From Helicobacteraceae bacterium (GTDB lineage Bacteria; Campylobacterota; Campylobacteria; Campylobacterales; Helicobacteraceae): 64,000 bases of DNA. A model generated the notes under the pieces. That model was not told where the DNA came from and did no database searches. It saw only the letters and a list, made by a program, of their open reading frames with translations. Within the stretch, counting starts at the first letter, position 1; each line of letters begins with the position of its first letter. This document shows positions 39,021-49,976 of the stretch, piece by piece. The DNA lies in assembly GCA_900770765.1 (NCBI GenBank), contig CAAGLK010000025.1:2388-66387 (forward strand), given 5' to 3'. Position numbers and translations under genes: made by a program.

Positions 39021-40253
39021 TTACACTTTTTTAAAAATTACAACGCCATTTGTTCCGCCAAAGCCAAATGAATTACTCATAATTGTATTAATCTTTACCT
39101 CTCTAGCAGTGTTAGGGACATAGTCTAAATCGCAATCAGGGTCTTTTGTGATTTGATTAATCGTAGGCGGTAAGATTCCCTTTTGCATTGCCATAATAGA
39201 AATTACCGCTTCTAGCCCACCAGCAGCTCCCAAGCAGTGTCCAATTTGCCCTTTAGTGGAGCTAACAGGCGGTACTTCTCCATTAAATACTTTTTTTAAT
39301 GCTAGTGTTTCATACCAATCGTTGTATTTAGTGCTTGTTCCGTGTGCGTTTATGTAGTCTATTTTTGTATTTGCCATTTGTGTTGCCATTTTCATAGCAC
39401 GATATGCACCCTCGCCCTCTGGAGCTGGGGTTGTAATGTGATTTGCATCGCCACTTTCACCAAAGCCAATTAACTCCGCATAAATCGTAGCTCCTCTTGC
39501 CTTTGCGCTATCATAATCTTCTAGCACTAAAGCCGCAGCACCTTCTCCCATAACAAAGCCATTTCTCTCTCCATCAAAAGGACGGCTTGCAAATTGTGGC
39601 TCATCATTTCTATCGCTTAATGCTTTCATAGCGGCAAAACCACCGATTCCAACTCCACATATCGCAGATTCCGCCGCGACAACAAGCATTTTATCGGCAC
39701 AATTTAGCATAATTGTTTTAGCAGCTTCAATTATTCCATGTGTTCCAGCAGCACATGCTGTTACACTTGCTAAATTTGGCCCCTTTAGTAAATAATCAAG
39801 CGAGATAAATCCACCTAGCATATTTACAAGTGCCGAGGGAATAAAAAATGGAGAAATTCTCTTAGGACCTTTTTCAAAGTTAATTACAGAGTTTTTTTCA
39901 ATATTAATAAGCCCGCCAATGCCAGAAGCGGAGCTAATACCGAATCTCTCGTTGTTTATGGAATCTAAAAGTTTGCCATTTTCTAATAATCCACAATCTT
40001 CCATAGCTTCTTTTGCCGCCTTGATTCCAAGCTGGATAAAGCGGTCAGCTTTTTTTACTTCTTTTGCGTCCATAACGCTATTTGGGTCAAAGTCTGTAAT
40101 TTCTGCAGCGATTTTTACAGGAAATGAAGAGATATCAAAAGAGGAGATTGTTTTAACTCCACATTTGCCATCTATAATAGCTTTAAAAGAATCCTCTCTA
40201 TTTAGCCCAAGGGCATTAATCATTCCTATTCCAGTTACTACTACGCGTCGCAT
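39021..40253 (-). CDS. fabF: 3-oxoacyl-ACP synthase II
   Basis: Active-site Cys (TACAAG), His-His (HGTST... GHCLGAAG), C-terminal NSFGFGGTN. Confidence 0.9.
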   Translation of the reverse strand: MRRVVVTGIGMINALGLNREDSFKAIIDGKCGVKTISSFDISSFPVKIAAEITDFDPNSVMDAKEVKKADRFIQLGIKAAKEAMEDCGLLENGKLLDSINNERFGISSASGIGGLINIEKNSVINFEKGPKRISPFFIPSALVNMLGGFISLDYLLKGPNLASVTACAAGTHGIIEAAKTIMLNCADKMLVVAAESAICGVGIGGFAAMKALSDRNDEPQFASRPFDGERNGFVMGEGAAALVLEDYDSAKARGATIYAELIGFGESGDANHITTPAPEGEGAYRAMKMATQMANTKIDYINAHGTSTKYNDWYETLALKKVFNGEVPPVSSTKGQIGHCLGAAGGLEAVISIMAMQKGILPPTINQITKDPDCDLDYVPNTAREVKINTIMSNSFGFGGTNGVVIFKKV

Positions 40254-40304
40254 ATTATTCCTTATTAAAGTGGTTTAAGTGTGCGTAAGCACACTTTGTG
40301 GGCG

Positions 40305-40538
40305 TTAGGCTTTTGCTTTTTCAATATAGGCAACTACATCGCCAACGGTTTGGATTTTTTCAGCTTCTTCATCTGGTATTTCGATTTCAAATTTTTCTTC
40401 TAATGCCATTACAAGCTCAACAACATCTAAAGAATCCGCACCTAAATCATCTACAAATTTAGATTCTGGCTTAACTTCACCCTCATTTACATTTAATTGT
40501 TCTACAACAACTGCCTTTACATCATCAAATACTGCCAT
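40305..40538 (-). CDS. acpP: Acyl carrier protein
   Basis: [17 protein letters not shown] phosphopantetheine-attachment motif. Start trimmed to MAVFDDVK. Confidence 0.9.
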   Translation of the reverse strand: MAVFDDVKAVVVEQLNVNEGEVKPESKFVDDLGADSLDVVELVMALEEKFEIEIPDEEAEKIQTVGDVVAYIEKAKA

Positions 40539-40608
40539 CGCAACTCTCCTTGCTAAAAATTTCAATAAAAAATGCTATTTTAGCTAAATTTCCTTAAGAA
40601 TTTCAAAA

Positions 40609-41352
40609 CTACATATATAATCCGCCATTTACCTTTAAAACTTCGCCTGTTATATAACTTGCATTTTGTGATAGTAAAAAGCTAACAGCTCCAGCTACTT
40701 CTGCGCCACTGCCGAAGCGACCTAGCGGAATATTTTTTGAATATTCTGCTTTTATTTCATCTTTTAATTCTTTTGTCATATCGCTTTCTATAAAGCCAGG
40801 AGTTACGCAATTAAAGCGGATTCCTTTGCTTCCGCCCTCTTTTGCAAAAGATTTTGTCATAGCAATCATACCGCCCTTGCTTGCCGCATAATTACATTGT
40901 CCAATATTGCCCATTTCACCTATTATTGAAGAAATATTTACAACAGCCCCATAGCCTTGTTTTCGCATAATTTTTAAGGCTTCTCTACAGCCTATAAAAC
41001 TTGAAGTTAAATTCGCTTCTAACACACTAGAAAATTCATCCGTTTTCATACGCATAGAGAGTTTATCGTTTGTAACTCCAGCGTTATTTACTAAAAATGC
41101 TAACTCTCCATCGCTATTTAAAATAGCATTGATTCCAGCTAAAAACTCCTCTTCTTTTGTTGCATCAAACTTTATTACAGCCGCTTTTCCGCCACTTTTT
41201 TCAATTTCTTCTTTAAGTGAATCTGCCAATTCTGGCTTTGAGCGGTAATTAATCCATACTTTTAAACCATCTTTTGCTAATTTTTTTGCAATTTCTGCAC
41301 CTATGCCTTTGCTAGCCCCTGTTATTAAAACATTTTTTCCGCAAAATTCCAT
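40609..41352 (-). CDS. fabG: 3-oxoacyl-ACP reductase
   Basis: SDR motifs TGASKGIG, NNAG, YAASKGG. Confidence 0.9.
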   Translation of the reverse strand: MEFCGKNVLITGASKGIGAEIAKKLAKDGLKVWINYRSKPELADSLKEEIEKSGGKAAVIKFDATKEEEFLAGINAILNSDGELAFLVNNAGVTNDKLSMRMKTDEFSSVLEANLTSSFIGCREALKIMRKQGYGAVVNISSIIGEMGNIGQCNYAASKGGMIAMTKSFAKEGGSKGIRFNCVTPGFIESDMTKELKDEIKAEYSKNIPLGRFGSGAEVAGAVSFLLSQNASYITGEVLKVNGGLYM

Positions 41353-41464
41353 TTTTATCCTTTAATAAAAAAGTGTGCCATTATAGCAAGAATCCTTTTT
41401 AATGTATTTTATTTTTAAGTCTATAACTGCTAGAATTCCAAAATTTTTTCAAAAAGAGATTCCC

Positions 41465-44400
41465 ATGCCAAAACGAACAGATATTAAAACAATTTTACTT
41501 ATCGGCTCTGGTCCTATTGTTATTGGTCAAGCTTGCGAGTTTGACTACTCTGGCACACAAGCGGCTAAGACGCTAAAGGAGCTTGGATATAGAGTTGTGC
41601 TAATTAACTCAAATCCAGCGACAATTATGACTGACCCTGAGTTTGCGGAACGCACATATATTGAGCCTATTACTGAAGAGGTTGTAGCTGATATTATTAA
41701 AAAAGAAAAAGTAGATGCGATACTGCCTACAATGGGTGGTCAAACTGCCCTAAATATCGCTATGAGTATGCATGAAAAGGGAATGCTAGATGGCGTAAAA
41801 TTCTTAGGTGCAAATCCAGCTGCGATTAAAAAGGGTGAGGATAGACAAGCATTTAAAGAAGCTATGCTTAAAATTGGCATGGATTTACCAAAGTCCTTTT
41901 ATGCTTACACGCTTGAAGAGGCGCTAAATGCGGCAAAAGAAATCGGCTTCCCACTAATAATCCGTGCTAGTTATACTCTAGCTGGTGGTGGAAGTGGCGT
42001 GGCTTATAATATTGATGAGTTTAAAGCGCTCGCACAAAGCGGCTTAGAAATTAGCCCTATTAATGAAATTTTAATTGAGGAATCGCTGCTTGGCTGGAAA
42101 GAGTATGAAATGGAAGTAATCCGCGACAAGGCGGATAACTGCATAATTGTCTGCTCTATTGAAAACTTAGACCCTATGGGAGTGCATACAGGGGATTCTA
42201 TTACAATCGCTCCAGCTTTGACTTTAACAGATAAAGAATATCAGCGGATGCGTGATGCCTCCTTTGCGATTTTGCGAGAAATTGGCGTAGATACGGGTGG
42301 AAGCAATGTGCAATTTGCGATAAATCCTAGCACAGGGCGGATGACCGTAATTGAGATGAATCCGCGCGTTAGCCGAAGTTCTGCGCTTGCTTCAAAAGCG
42401 ACAGGCTATCCTATCGCTAAGGTTGCCACGCTTTTAGCTGTTGGCTTTACCTTAGATGAGATTAAAAATGATATGACAGGCACACCAGCTTCTTTTGAGC
42501 CTAGTATTGATTATATTGTTACTAAGATTCCACGATTTACTTTTGAGAAATTCCCACAAGCAGATTCCACGCTTACTACCTCTATGAAAAGCATTGGCGA
42601 GGTTATGGCGATTGGTGCGACCTTTAAAGAATCCTTGCAAAAAGCACTTAATAGCCTTGAGACTGGAATCTTTGGCTTTAATTCTAAAAGTAGTGATTTA
42701 GGCGAGATTCAAAGGGAGGTTAGGAGAGCAAACCAAAGCCGCCTTTTATACATAGCAGATGCCTTTAGAGCTGGAGTTAGCGTAGATGAAGTGCATAGCT
42801 GGTGTAAAATTGATAAGTATTTTTTAAGTCAAATTAAAGAAATTATAGACTTGGAATCTCAAGTAAATTTTGAAAAATTGCAAAATGTGGAATCGCTAAT
42901 GGAGCTTAAAAAGGCTGGCTTTAGCGATAAAATGCTAAGTGTGCTGGTAAATAAAACCGATGGATTAGATGTAAGCGAAGAGGATATTTACTCGCTTAGA
43001 GAGAAGCTAGGCGTGGGGCTTTATTATAACGAAGTGGATACTTGTGCGGCGGAGTTTGCGACAAGCACGGCGTATTTGTATTCTACGGCGGATGGAGTGC
43101 GGAGTGCGGAGTGCGGAGAGGTTACTAAAAGTGGAATCGCAAATGCGGATTCCGCCACAAATCCGCTAAGAGATGAATCCGCTAAGGATTCTAGCAAGAA
43201 AGTATTGATTATAGGTGGCGGTCCTAACCGCATAGGGCAGGGCATTGAGTTTGATTACTGCTGTGTGCATGCTAGCTTTGCGCTGCGTGATATGGGGATT
43301 AAGAGCATTATGTATAACTGCAATCCAGAGACAGTTAGCACAGATTATGACACTAGCGATACGCTATATTTTGAGCCAATTACCTTTGAATATGTGCGAA
43401 GCATGATTGAGAGAGAAAAGCCAGATGGAATCATCGTGCATTTTGGCGGTCAAACGCCGTTAAAACTAGCTAGGAAGCTAACAAAAATCGGCGCAAAAAT
43501 CATCGGCACAAGTGCAAAAACAATTGATATAGCAGAAGATAGAGAGAAATTTGCAAAATTTGTAGAAGATAATGGATTATTGCAGCCGCAAAATGGCACC
43601 GCCACGACAAAAGAGGAGGCTATAAGCATAGCGCAAAACATCGGCTTCCCTGTGCTTGTGCGACCTTCTTATGTGCTTGGAGGGCGCGCTATGCGGATAG
43701 TGTATAGCGTGAGCGAACTGCAAGAGTATATGAACGAAGCAGTAAGTGTAAGTAATGACTCACCTGTGCTAATTGATAAGTTTTTAAATAACGCACTAGA
43801 GCTTGATGTGGATATTATTTGTGATGGGAGTGATGTGTATATTGCTGGGATTATGCAGCATATTGAGGAGGCTGGAATCCACAGCGGCGATTCTGCATGC
43901 TCACTGCCTACAATTAATATCTCAAGTGAAAAAATTAGAGAAATTGAAAAAACTACTGCAAAAATCGCTAGGAATCTAGGCGTAGTGGGGCTTATGAATA
44001 CACAATATGCGATTTTTGAAGATACGCTATATTTGATTGAAGTAAATCCGAGAGCTTCGCGCACCGTGCCTTTTGTCTCAAAAGCAACTGGGATTCCACT
44101 TGCAAAAGTCGCTACACATGTAATGGTTAATAGGAATCTTAAAGAAGCCTTAGAGAGATATGATAGATTTAAAAAGGTAGTGTTTGAAAATGGCGTCTAT
44201 AAGCCACGACTTGGGAAGCATATAGCCGTTAAAGAATCTGTTTTTCCATTTAGCAAATTAAGCGGGGCGGTTATGGTGCTAGGACCAGAAATGCGCTCAA
44301 CGGGTGAGGTTATGGGGATTAGCGATAGCTTTGGGCTAAGTTTTGCAAAGTCTCAAATGGCGTGTAAAAATGCCCTAGCACTTAGTGGAAAGGTCTTTAT

Positions 44401-44785
44401 CTCGCTAAAAAGCCTAGATAAGCCCTATGCGGCAGAAGTGGCAAGGGAGCTAGATAAGCTAGGCTTTATCATAAGTGCGACAAAGGGGACTGCAGAGATT
44501 ATTAAAAAAGCTGGAATCCCGTGCGAAGAGGCGCTAAAAATAAGCGAGGGGCGGCCAAATATTGGCGATGCGTTGGCAAATAACGAAATAGCAATGGCGA
44601 TAAACACAAGCGATGAGGCTTCAAGTAAAGATGACACAGATAAAATTAGGACGCAAGTATTAAGGAATAATGTGCCTTATTTTACGACTATTGAAGCGGC
44701 GAAAGTTGCGATAAATGCGATAAGCGAGATAAAGAGTAAGAATCCAAATATAGCTAAAGCACTGCAAGATTATCTAAGCGAGTAG
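41465..44785 (+). CDS. carB: Carbamoyl-phosphate synthase large subunit
   Basis: Start set at [30 protein letters not shown]. Two ATP-grasp halves plus an MGS-like domain. Lineage-specific insertion around 43060..43200. Confidence 0.9.
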   Translation: MPKRTDIKTILLIGSGPIVIGQACEFDYSGTQAAKTLKELGYRVVLINSNPATIMTDPEFAERTYIEPITEEVVADIIKKEKVDAILPTMGGQTALNIAMSMHEKGMLDGVKFLGANPAAIKKGEDRQAFKEAMLKIGMDLPKSFYAYTLEEALNAAKEIGFPLIIRASYTLAGGGSGVAYNIDEFKALAQSGLEISPINEILIEESLLGWKEYEMEVIRDKADNCIIVCSIENLDPMGVHTGDSITIAPALTLTDKEYQRMRDASFAILREIGVDTGGSNVQFAINPSTGRMTVIEMNPRVSRSSALASKATGYPIAKVATLLAVGFTLDEIKNDMTGTPASFEPSIDYIVTKIPRFTFEKFPQADSTLTTSMKSIGEVMAIGATFKESLQKALNSLETGIFGFNSKSSDLGEIQREVRRANQSRLLYIADAFRAGVSVDEVHSWCKIDKYFLSQIKEIIDLESQVNFEKLQNVESLMELKKAGFSDKMLSVLVNKTDGLDVSEEDIYSLREKLGVGLYYNEVDTCAAEFATSTAYLYSTADGVRSAECGEVTKSGIANADSATNPLRDESAKDSSKKVLIIGGGPNRIGQGIEFDYCCVHASFALRDMGIKSIMYNCNPETVSTDYDTSDTLYFEPITFEYVRSMIEREKPDGIIVHFGGQTPLKLARKLTKIGAKIIGTSAKTIDIAEDREKFAKFVEDNGLLQPQNGTATTKEEAISIAQNIGFPVLVRPSYVLGGRAMRIVYSVSELQEYMNEAVSVSNDSPVLIDKFLNNALELDVDIICDGSDVYIAGIMQHIEEAGIHSGDSACSLPTINISSEKIREIEKTTAKIARNLGVVGLMNTQYAIFEDTLYLIEVNPRASRTVPFVSKATGIPLAKVATHVMVNRNLKEALERYDRFKKVVFENGVYKPRLGKHIAVKESVFPFSKLSGAVMVLGPEMRSTGEVMGISDSFGLSFAKSQMACKNALALSGKVFISLKSLDKPYAAEVARELDKLGFIISATKGTAEIIKKAGIPCEEALKISEGRPNIGDALANNEIAMAINTSDEASSKDDTDKIRTQVLRNNVPYFTTIEAAKVAINAISEIKSKNPNIAKALQDYLSE

Positions 44786-44788
44786 GGT

Positions 44789-45259
44789 TTGGAATCTATT
44801 ATTTTTTTAGCACAAAGCGACACGACCGCTGGGTTTTTAAGCAAGAATCATAGGCGATTAAATGAGATTAAAGGACGGAATTTAGGGCAGAGTGTGCTAA
44901 TAACACTTGATTCTTTAAGTAAGCTAAAAAACTTAGTGCGTGTGCCAGAGTGTCATAAAAATAGGGTAAGAAGAAGTAAAAAAAGTAGCTTTGTGTATAA
45001 AAAAAGTGTAGCACTAAAGGCGGAATCTTTAGCGATTCGTGTTGTTTTTAGAGATTTTAGGGCAGTTAGCCATGCGGATTTTTTGCGATTTTTCCCTTAT
45101 CTTTATTCAAGCTCTGCAAATTTGCATAAAAGTGCGTTTAGTTTAGAATATGCACTTAAAAATACTGATTATATTGTGCTTGATAATAGGGGATTGTCGC
45201 AAAATAGGGCTTCAAAAATATATAAATTATCAAATAAGAGTATTAAAAAATTAAGGTAA
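44789..45259 (+). CDS. Hypothetical basic protein with weak YrdC/Sua5-like N-terminal similarity
   Basis: LAQSDTTAGFLSKN...RLNEIKGRNLGQSVLITLDSL resembles the YrdC fold opening. The protein is short and degenerate. Confidence 0.35.
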   Translation: MESIIFLAQSDTTAGFLSKNHRRLNEIKGRNLGQSVLITLDSLSKLKNLVRVPECHKNRVRRSKKSSFVYKKSVALKAESLAIRVVFRDFRAVSHADFLRFFPYLYSSSANLHKSAFSLEYALKNTDYIVLDNRGLSQNRASKIYKLSNKSIKKLR

Positions 45260-45263
45260 CTCA

Positions 45264-45740
45264 ATGAAAATTACAGAAATTATTCAATCGTTTTTAATTA
45301 GCCTTGTGCTTGTGTTTTTACTTTTTTGTATATTTTGGAGCGGTGTTTATTCAAGTTATATTAAATTTTATGGAGTAGCAGAGTTTTTTAATCCGTTTTT
45401 TGCAAATGTTTTTAATGGGGCGTTGTTTTTGTTTTTAAGTGCTATTTTTGGGGTGGCGTTTTTGATTCCTTTTATTAATAGAATCTTTAAGTTTGTATAT
45501 ATTTTACTTTTTTTAATTTCTATGTCTTGTTTTGTGCCGCTTGTGGGTGAGTCTATCGGCTATAGTTTGCTTAGTAAAACTTATAATTTAGAATTAGATG
45601 GAATCCAAAAGGAAATTATAGGTTTATATGAAAATAGCAAATACATAGTGTATTTAGAAAAAATTGAAGTGCTAGAAACACAAGAGAACAAAAAAAGCAC
45701 ATTAAGATATTATAAAAAACTTATAGAAAATACACAATAA
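45264..45740 (+). CDS. Hypothetical membrane protein (4 predicted TM helices)
   Basis: Hydrophobic N-terminal two-thirds. No known motifs. Confidence 0.45.
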   Translation: MKITEIIQSFLISLVLVFLLFCIFWSGVYSSYIKFYGVAEFFNPFFANVFNGALFLFLSAIFGVAFLIPFINRIFKFVYILLFLISMSCFVPLVGESIGYSLLSKTYNLELDGIQKEIIGLYENSKYIVYLEKIEVLETQENKKSTLRYYKKLIENTQ

Positions 45741-45797
45741 GGCGATTTAAAAATATCTTTTTATTTGTTAAAAACTATTCTTTAAGAATCTTTATTC

Positions 45798-46697
45798 TTA
45801 AAGTATAAAAGGTGTGTCTTGATAAACTGAAAAATTTAGCCAATTTGAAAATAGCACACTTGCACTTGAGCGCCACGATAGCACTGGGATTCCACTTTCA
45901 TTATAATAATTTATCGGTTTTGCTATTTCTAAGCCTTTATCTAAGTCCCTTTTGTATTCTAAATCTAGCGTGTTTTTTGCGTATTCTGGATGCCCTAAAA
46001 TAAAAAAGTCTTTAGAATCTTTTAAGGCGGTTATTCCACTATTCTCGCTACTTACTCCTACGCCTTCTAATAAAATCTTTAAATTTTTATTGCTTCTAGT
46101 GGCTTCTTCATCAATGCCTGAGTGCCTAGAGTGTGGCATTTTTACTACTTCATTTAAGCCATTTAAAAGCAAGTCGTTTTCTACCCAAATGTGATTAAAG
46201 ATTCCAAACTTCTTAGAATCTAAACTTATTTTTTTGATTTTATGAAAATAATAAAGTCCAGCCATTGCACCCCAGCAAAGATATAAAGTGCTGGTGCAAT
46301 GCGATTTTAGAAAATCCATAATTTTAGTTAATTCACTCCAATATTTCACCTCTTCAAATTCTAAATGCTCAATTGGCGCTCCTGTAACAATTGCACCATC
46401 AAATTTGCGATTCTTAATCGCATTGAAATTTACATAAAATCTATCTAAATGCGATTGCGGAGTATTTTTACCTATGTAGCTTTCTGTTGATAAAAGCGTA
46501 ATATTTACTTGCAGAGGCGAGTTTGCAAGTAGAGAAAAAATTTGATTTTCTGTTTCAATTTTTGTAGGCATTAGGTTTATAATTAGCACCTCTAGCGCCC
46601 TTATATCTTGGGCTTTTGCACGCTTTGCCCCCATAATAAAGGCATATTCTTTTAAAAAACTAAATGCTGGAATATCTTCTGGAATAATTAGTGGCAT
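45798..46697 (-). CDS. metA: Homoserine O-acyltransferase (MetA family)
   Basis: [11 protein letters not shown]...[16 protein letters not shown] and conserved Cys/His region (LYLCWGAMA). Confidence 0.8.
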   Translation of the reverse strand: MPLIIPEDIPAFSFLKEYAFIMGAKRAKAQDIRALEVLIINLMPTKIETENQIFSLLANSPLQVNITLLSTESYIGKNTPQSHLDRFYVNFNAIKNRKFDGAIVTGAPIEHLEFEEVKYWSELTKIMDFLKSHCTSTLYLCWGAMAGLYYFHKIKKISLDSKKFGIFNHIWVENDLLLNGLNEVVKMPHSRHSGIDEEATRSNKNLKILLEGVGVSSENSGITALKDSKDFFILGHPEYAKNTLDLEYKRDLDKGLEIAKPINYYNESGIPVLSWRSSASVLFSNWLNFSVYQDTPFIL

Positions 46698-46805
46698 TAA
46701 AATCCTTTTTTGTGGATTTAGATTTTTAATTTAAACTGCAGTAAATTTAAACTAAGAATCCAAATTTAAGATTCCACTTTAAAGCGTGGAATCTTAAAAA
46801 ATAAT

Positions 46806-48104
46806 TTATGCTTCTAGTGCAGCTTTTAAATCTTCTATTAAATCGCTTGCAGCTTCTAAGCCAATGCTTAATCTAACGGTGCAAGGTGTGATTCCAGCTG
46901 ATTTTAGCTCATCTTGATTTAGCTGTGAATGTGTAGTGCTAGCTGGGTGAATCACAAGCGATTTAGAATCGCCGATATTTGCGACAATTGCAAAGATTTT
47001 TAAAGCATTGCATAATTTAATTGCTTTTTCATGGGATTCTACTTCAAAGGCTAAGAGACCGCTACTTCTGCCATCTTTAAAGTATTTTTTAAGTAGTGCA
47101 TTGTAAGGGTTACCGCTTAAGCCTGGGTAGAATACGCTTTTTACTTTAGGGTGAGATTCTAGGAATTTCGCCACTTCTAGTGCGTTGTCGCTGTGCTTTT
47201 TGATTCTTAGCTCTAGCGTCTCTAGCCCTTGAATAATTAGCCAAGCATTTTGTGGAGATAGCGTAGCGCCGATATTTCTTAGCCACTCTGTAATTAATCG
47301 CACACTATAAATAGGCAGCGCTCCAGCAAGTGAAGCATAAACTAGCCCATGATAGCTTTCATCTGGTGTGTTAAATGCTGGGTAGCGTGGATTATCTACG
47401 ATAATTTCATTTAATCCAGCTCTTTCTACAATCGCCCCCCCTAGTGCGTTTCCTTGCCCATTAATATATTTGCTTAAGCTATATACGACAACATCTACGC
47501 CAAATTCTAATGGGCGGTGTAAAATAGGAGTCGCCACTGTGTTATCACAAATTGTTACAATTTTATGCTTTTTAGCTATTTTTGTAATTTTTTCCACATC
47601 TGCTATTGCGATTTGTGGGTTTGATAAGCTTTCAAATAAAATAGCTTTTGTGTTAGGCGTAATTGCCTTCTCTAGTGTGCCATCAATATCATCAATATCA
47701 AAAACTTCCGACTCAATGCCGAATCTTTTTAGTGTATGCACGATAAGTGTTTGTGTGCCACCATAGATTTTATTAGAATAAAGCACTTTATCGCCATTTT
47801 GCGCTAAATTTACAAGTGCGTAAAAAATCGCCGCTGTGCCACTTGCCGTTGCGATTCCAAAGGCACCGCCTTCTACTGCTGCAAGGCGGTCGCCTAGAAT
47901 CTTATAAGTAGGGTTTGTAAGCCTTGTGTAAATATTACCCAATTCTTGTAAGCCAAATCTAGCTGCGGCTTGTTCTAAACTCTCAAAGCTATAAGCTGTG
48001 TTTTGATAAATCGGCACGCTTAGCGTTCGCTCTTTATCATATTCATAAGCAGCGTGAAGCGCTAGTGTTTCTGGTTTGTAATTCCCTTGTGGTAAATTTG
48101 CCAT
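46806..48104 (-). CDS. metY: O-acetylhomoserine sulfhydrylase (PLP-dependent Cys/Met metabolism enzyme)
   Basis: PLP lysine motif SLSKYINGQGNALGG and length ~430 aa typical of MetY. Confidence 0.8.
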   Translation of the reverse strand: MANLPQGNYKPETLALHAAYEYDKERTLSVPIYQNTAYSFESLEQAAARFGLQELGNIYTRLTNPTYKILGDRLAAVEGGAFGIATASGTAAIFYALVNLAQNGDKVLYSNKIYGGTQTLIVHTLKRFGIESEVFDIDDIDGTLEKAITPNTKAILFESLSNPQIAIADVEKITKIAKKHKIVTICDNTVATPILHRPLEFGVDVVVYSLSKYINGQGNALGGAIVERAGLNEIIVDNPRYPAFNTPDESYHGLVYASLAGALPIYSVRLITEWLRNIGATLSPQNAWLIIQGLETLELRIKKHSDNALEVAKFLESHPKVKSVFYPGLSGNPYNALLKKYFKDGRSSGLLAFEVESHEKAIKLCNALKIFAIVANIGDSKSLVIHPASTTHSQLNQDELKSAGITPCTVRLSIGLEAASDLIEDLKAALEA

Positions 48105-48190
48105 TTTTAGTCCTTTGTTTTAAAATTTGTGGAATTGTAGCATAAATTTTTTAAAATACAATATGTAATTTAAAAAATTTGACAAAATTT

Positions 48191-48916
48191 TTATAAATTT
48201 AGCATTTCTATAAAAGCGGTTTGTATATTTGGCTTTGTAGCTTGTAGAATCTTAGTTTTATCGCTAAGCAGTGAAATAGCGGCTGTTTTTGTGCTGCTGC
48301 CAATGCAAAATGCTATGTTTTTAGGATTCCACTTATAGTTTTTTAAAAATGCTCTAATATGCGATGGTGCGCTAAAGAAAATGATGGAATCTGGCTTTAT
48401 TTCTGGCTTTTCTTTTAAGATTCTAGCTTTATTTTCATATAAAACTACATCTTGTATTTTGATATTATTTGCCCTTAAAATATCGGTTAAATTTGAAGCG
48501 ACTTTTTTTGCTCTAATAAATAAAATCTCGCTGTTTGTGAAATTAGTGTTGTTGGAATCCTTAAAATAGCTTATTAGCTCCTTAGCAAAGGCGTCCCCAT
48601 AGGCTATTTTAGATATAAAGTCTGCCTTTTTTCCTAAAGATTCTAATGCTTTAGCGCAAGATTCTCCTAATACTAAATTTTTTTTGTTATTCCATTGTGC
48701 TAAAAGTGCTTTGTTTTGTGGTAATTGTAAATTTTCATTTAATGAAAAAACCGCATTTTTAGAAGTGAAAATTAAAAATTTACTTTTTGAAAATAGAGAT
48801 TCTAATTCTTGTGGAAAAATTGTTTCTAGTTTAATTAAGTGTAGAATCGTAACGCTTTGTGGTAATTCTATGTTTAAAATAGGATTTTCTTTTGTGATAT
48901 AATAAATGCTTCTCAT
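48191..48916 (-). CDS. Putative uroporphyrinogen-III synthase (HemD-like); weak assignment
   Basis: 241 aa with a two-lobed pattern and the conserved-ish FFSAPS...AFCIGSSTKTA. Similarity is weak. Confidence 0.35.
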   Translation of the reverse strand: MRSIYYITKENPILNIELPQSVTILHLIKLETIFPQELESLFSKSKFLIFTSKNAVFSLNENLQLPQNKALLAQWNNKKNLVLGESCAKALESLGKKADFISKIAYGDAFAKELISYFKDSNNTNFTNSEILFIRAKKVASNLTDILRANNIKIQDVVLYENKARILKEKPEIKPDSIIFFSAPSHIRAFLKNYKWNPKNIAFCIGSSTKTAAISLLSDKTKILQATKPNIQTAFIEMLNL

Positions 48917-48945
48917 AAAAAAATTTTATCAAAAAAGGCTTAAGA

Positions 48946-49284
48946 TTGTTAATAAAAAATAAAAGTTTAGCGACTCCGCTTCCGCTGGAATCCCTATGTG
49001 TAGATAATGATGATTTTATTATTATTGATTTACGCTCTAGGGGTTATTTTTTAATAAGTCATATAAAAAATGCGTTAAATGTGGAATCCCTACAGCGCAT
49101 AGCTTATATTGCAGAAGAAAATAAAGAAAAAAAGATTCTGCTTTATTGTCATAGCGGTGCTACTGCGGCGGATTTTGGCAGTAGGTTAGTGCAAATGGGA
49201 TTTAATAATATTTATTATTTAGATTGTAATTTTTTCGCTTTACAAAAAAATGGGATTTTACTAGAAGGAGATGGTTTAAGTTAA
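48946..49284 (+). CDS. Rhodanese-domain protein
   Basis: Active-site loop YCHSGATAA with catalytic Cys. Confidence 0.6.
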   Translation: MLIKNKSLATPLPLESLCVDNDDFIIIDLRSRGYFLISHIKNALNVESLQRIAYIAEENKEKKILLYCHSGATAADFGSRLVQMGFNNIYYLDCNFFALQKNGILLEGDGLS

Positions 49285-49385
49285 TAAAATTAGTAGCTTT
49301 TATTAGTTTTTAAGCATTTTTATAAAGCGTCTTTTAGCATATTTTAGCTAGAATACGCCCTTTATTTTGCGTTAAAGTAGGTTTT

Positions 49386-49976
49386 ATGGAAGAGTTATTT
49401 ACGCGGCTTTTGCAAGAATATGGCTATATTATTTTATTTATTTGGAGTACTTTAGAGGGTGAGCTTGGGCTAATTATGGCTGGGATTATGTGCTATACAG
49501 GGCATATGATTATACCTATTGCTATTTTTGTGGCGGGGCTTGGCGGCTTTGTGGGGGACCAGATTTATTTTTATATAGGTAGATATAATAAAAAATTTAT
49601 CGCAAAAACTCTAAAAACACAGCGGCGGAAATTTGCCCTTGCACACTTACTATTACAGCGATATGGCTGGCCTATAATCTTCGTGCAGCGATATTTGTAT
49701 GGAATGCGAACGGTGATTCCTATGAGTATTGGTGTAACTCGTTATAGTGCGAAAATGTTTGCATTTATTAATTTTGTAAGTGCGCTTGTGTGGGCGGCTA
49801 TTACTATTATTTTAGCTTACTTTTTTGGCGAGGAGCTTTTAGCTATAGTGCATTATGGAAAAGAGCATTATTATGTGGCGATTCCTTTTGCAATTTTGCT
49901 AGGCGGTGGAATCTATTATTATCTACATAAAGTAACGCAAAAAGTAGAGAAAAAAGTTTTAGGAGGTAAAAAATGA
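49386..49976 (+). CDS. DedA/VTT-family membrane protein
   Basis: Conserved DedA motifs (GDQIYFYIGR, F..RY.YG.R). Confidence 0.7.
   Translation: MEELFTRLLQEYGYIILFIWSTLEGELGLIMAGIMCYTGHMIIPIAIFVAGLGGFVGDQIYFYIGRYNKKFIAKTLKTQRRKFALAHLLLQRYGWPIIFVQRYLYGMRTVIPMSIGVTRYSAKMFAFINFVSALVWAAITIILAYFFGEELLAIVHYGKEHYYVAIPFAILLGGGIYYYLHKVTQKVEKKVLGGKK

Noticed and set aside
48105-48190. SAM/Met riboswitch upstream of metY
   Set aside because: The spacer is short, extremely AT-rich and lacks the conserved GC-rich helices of SAM-I/II riboswitches. metY is probably co-transcribed with the upstream HemD-like ORF.
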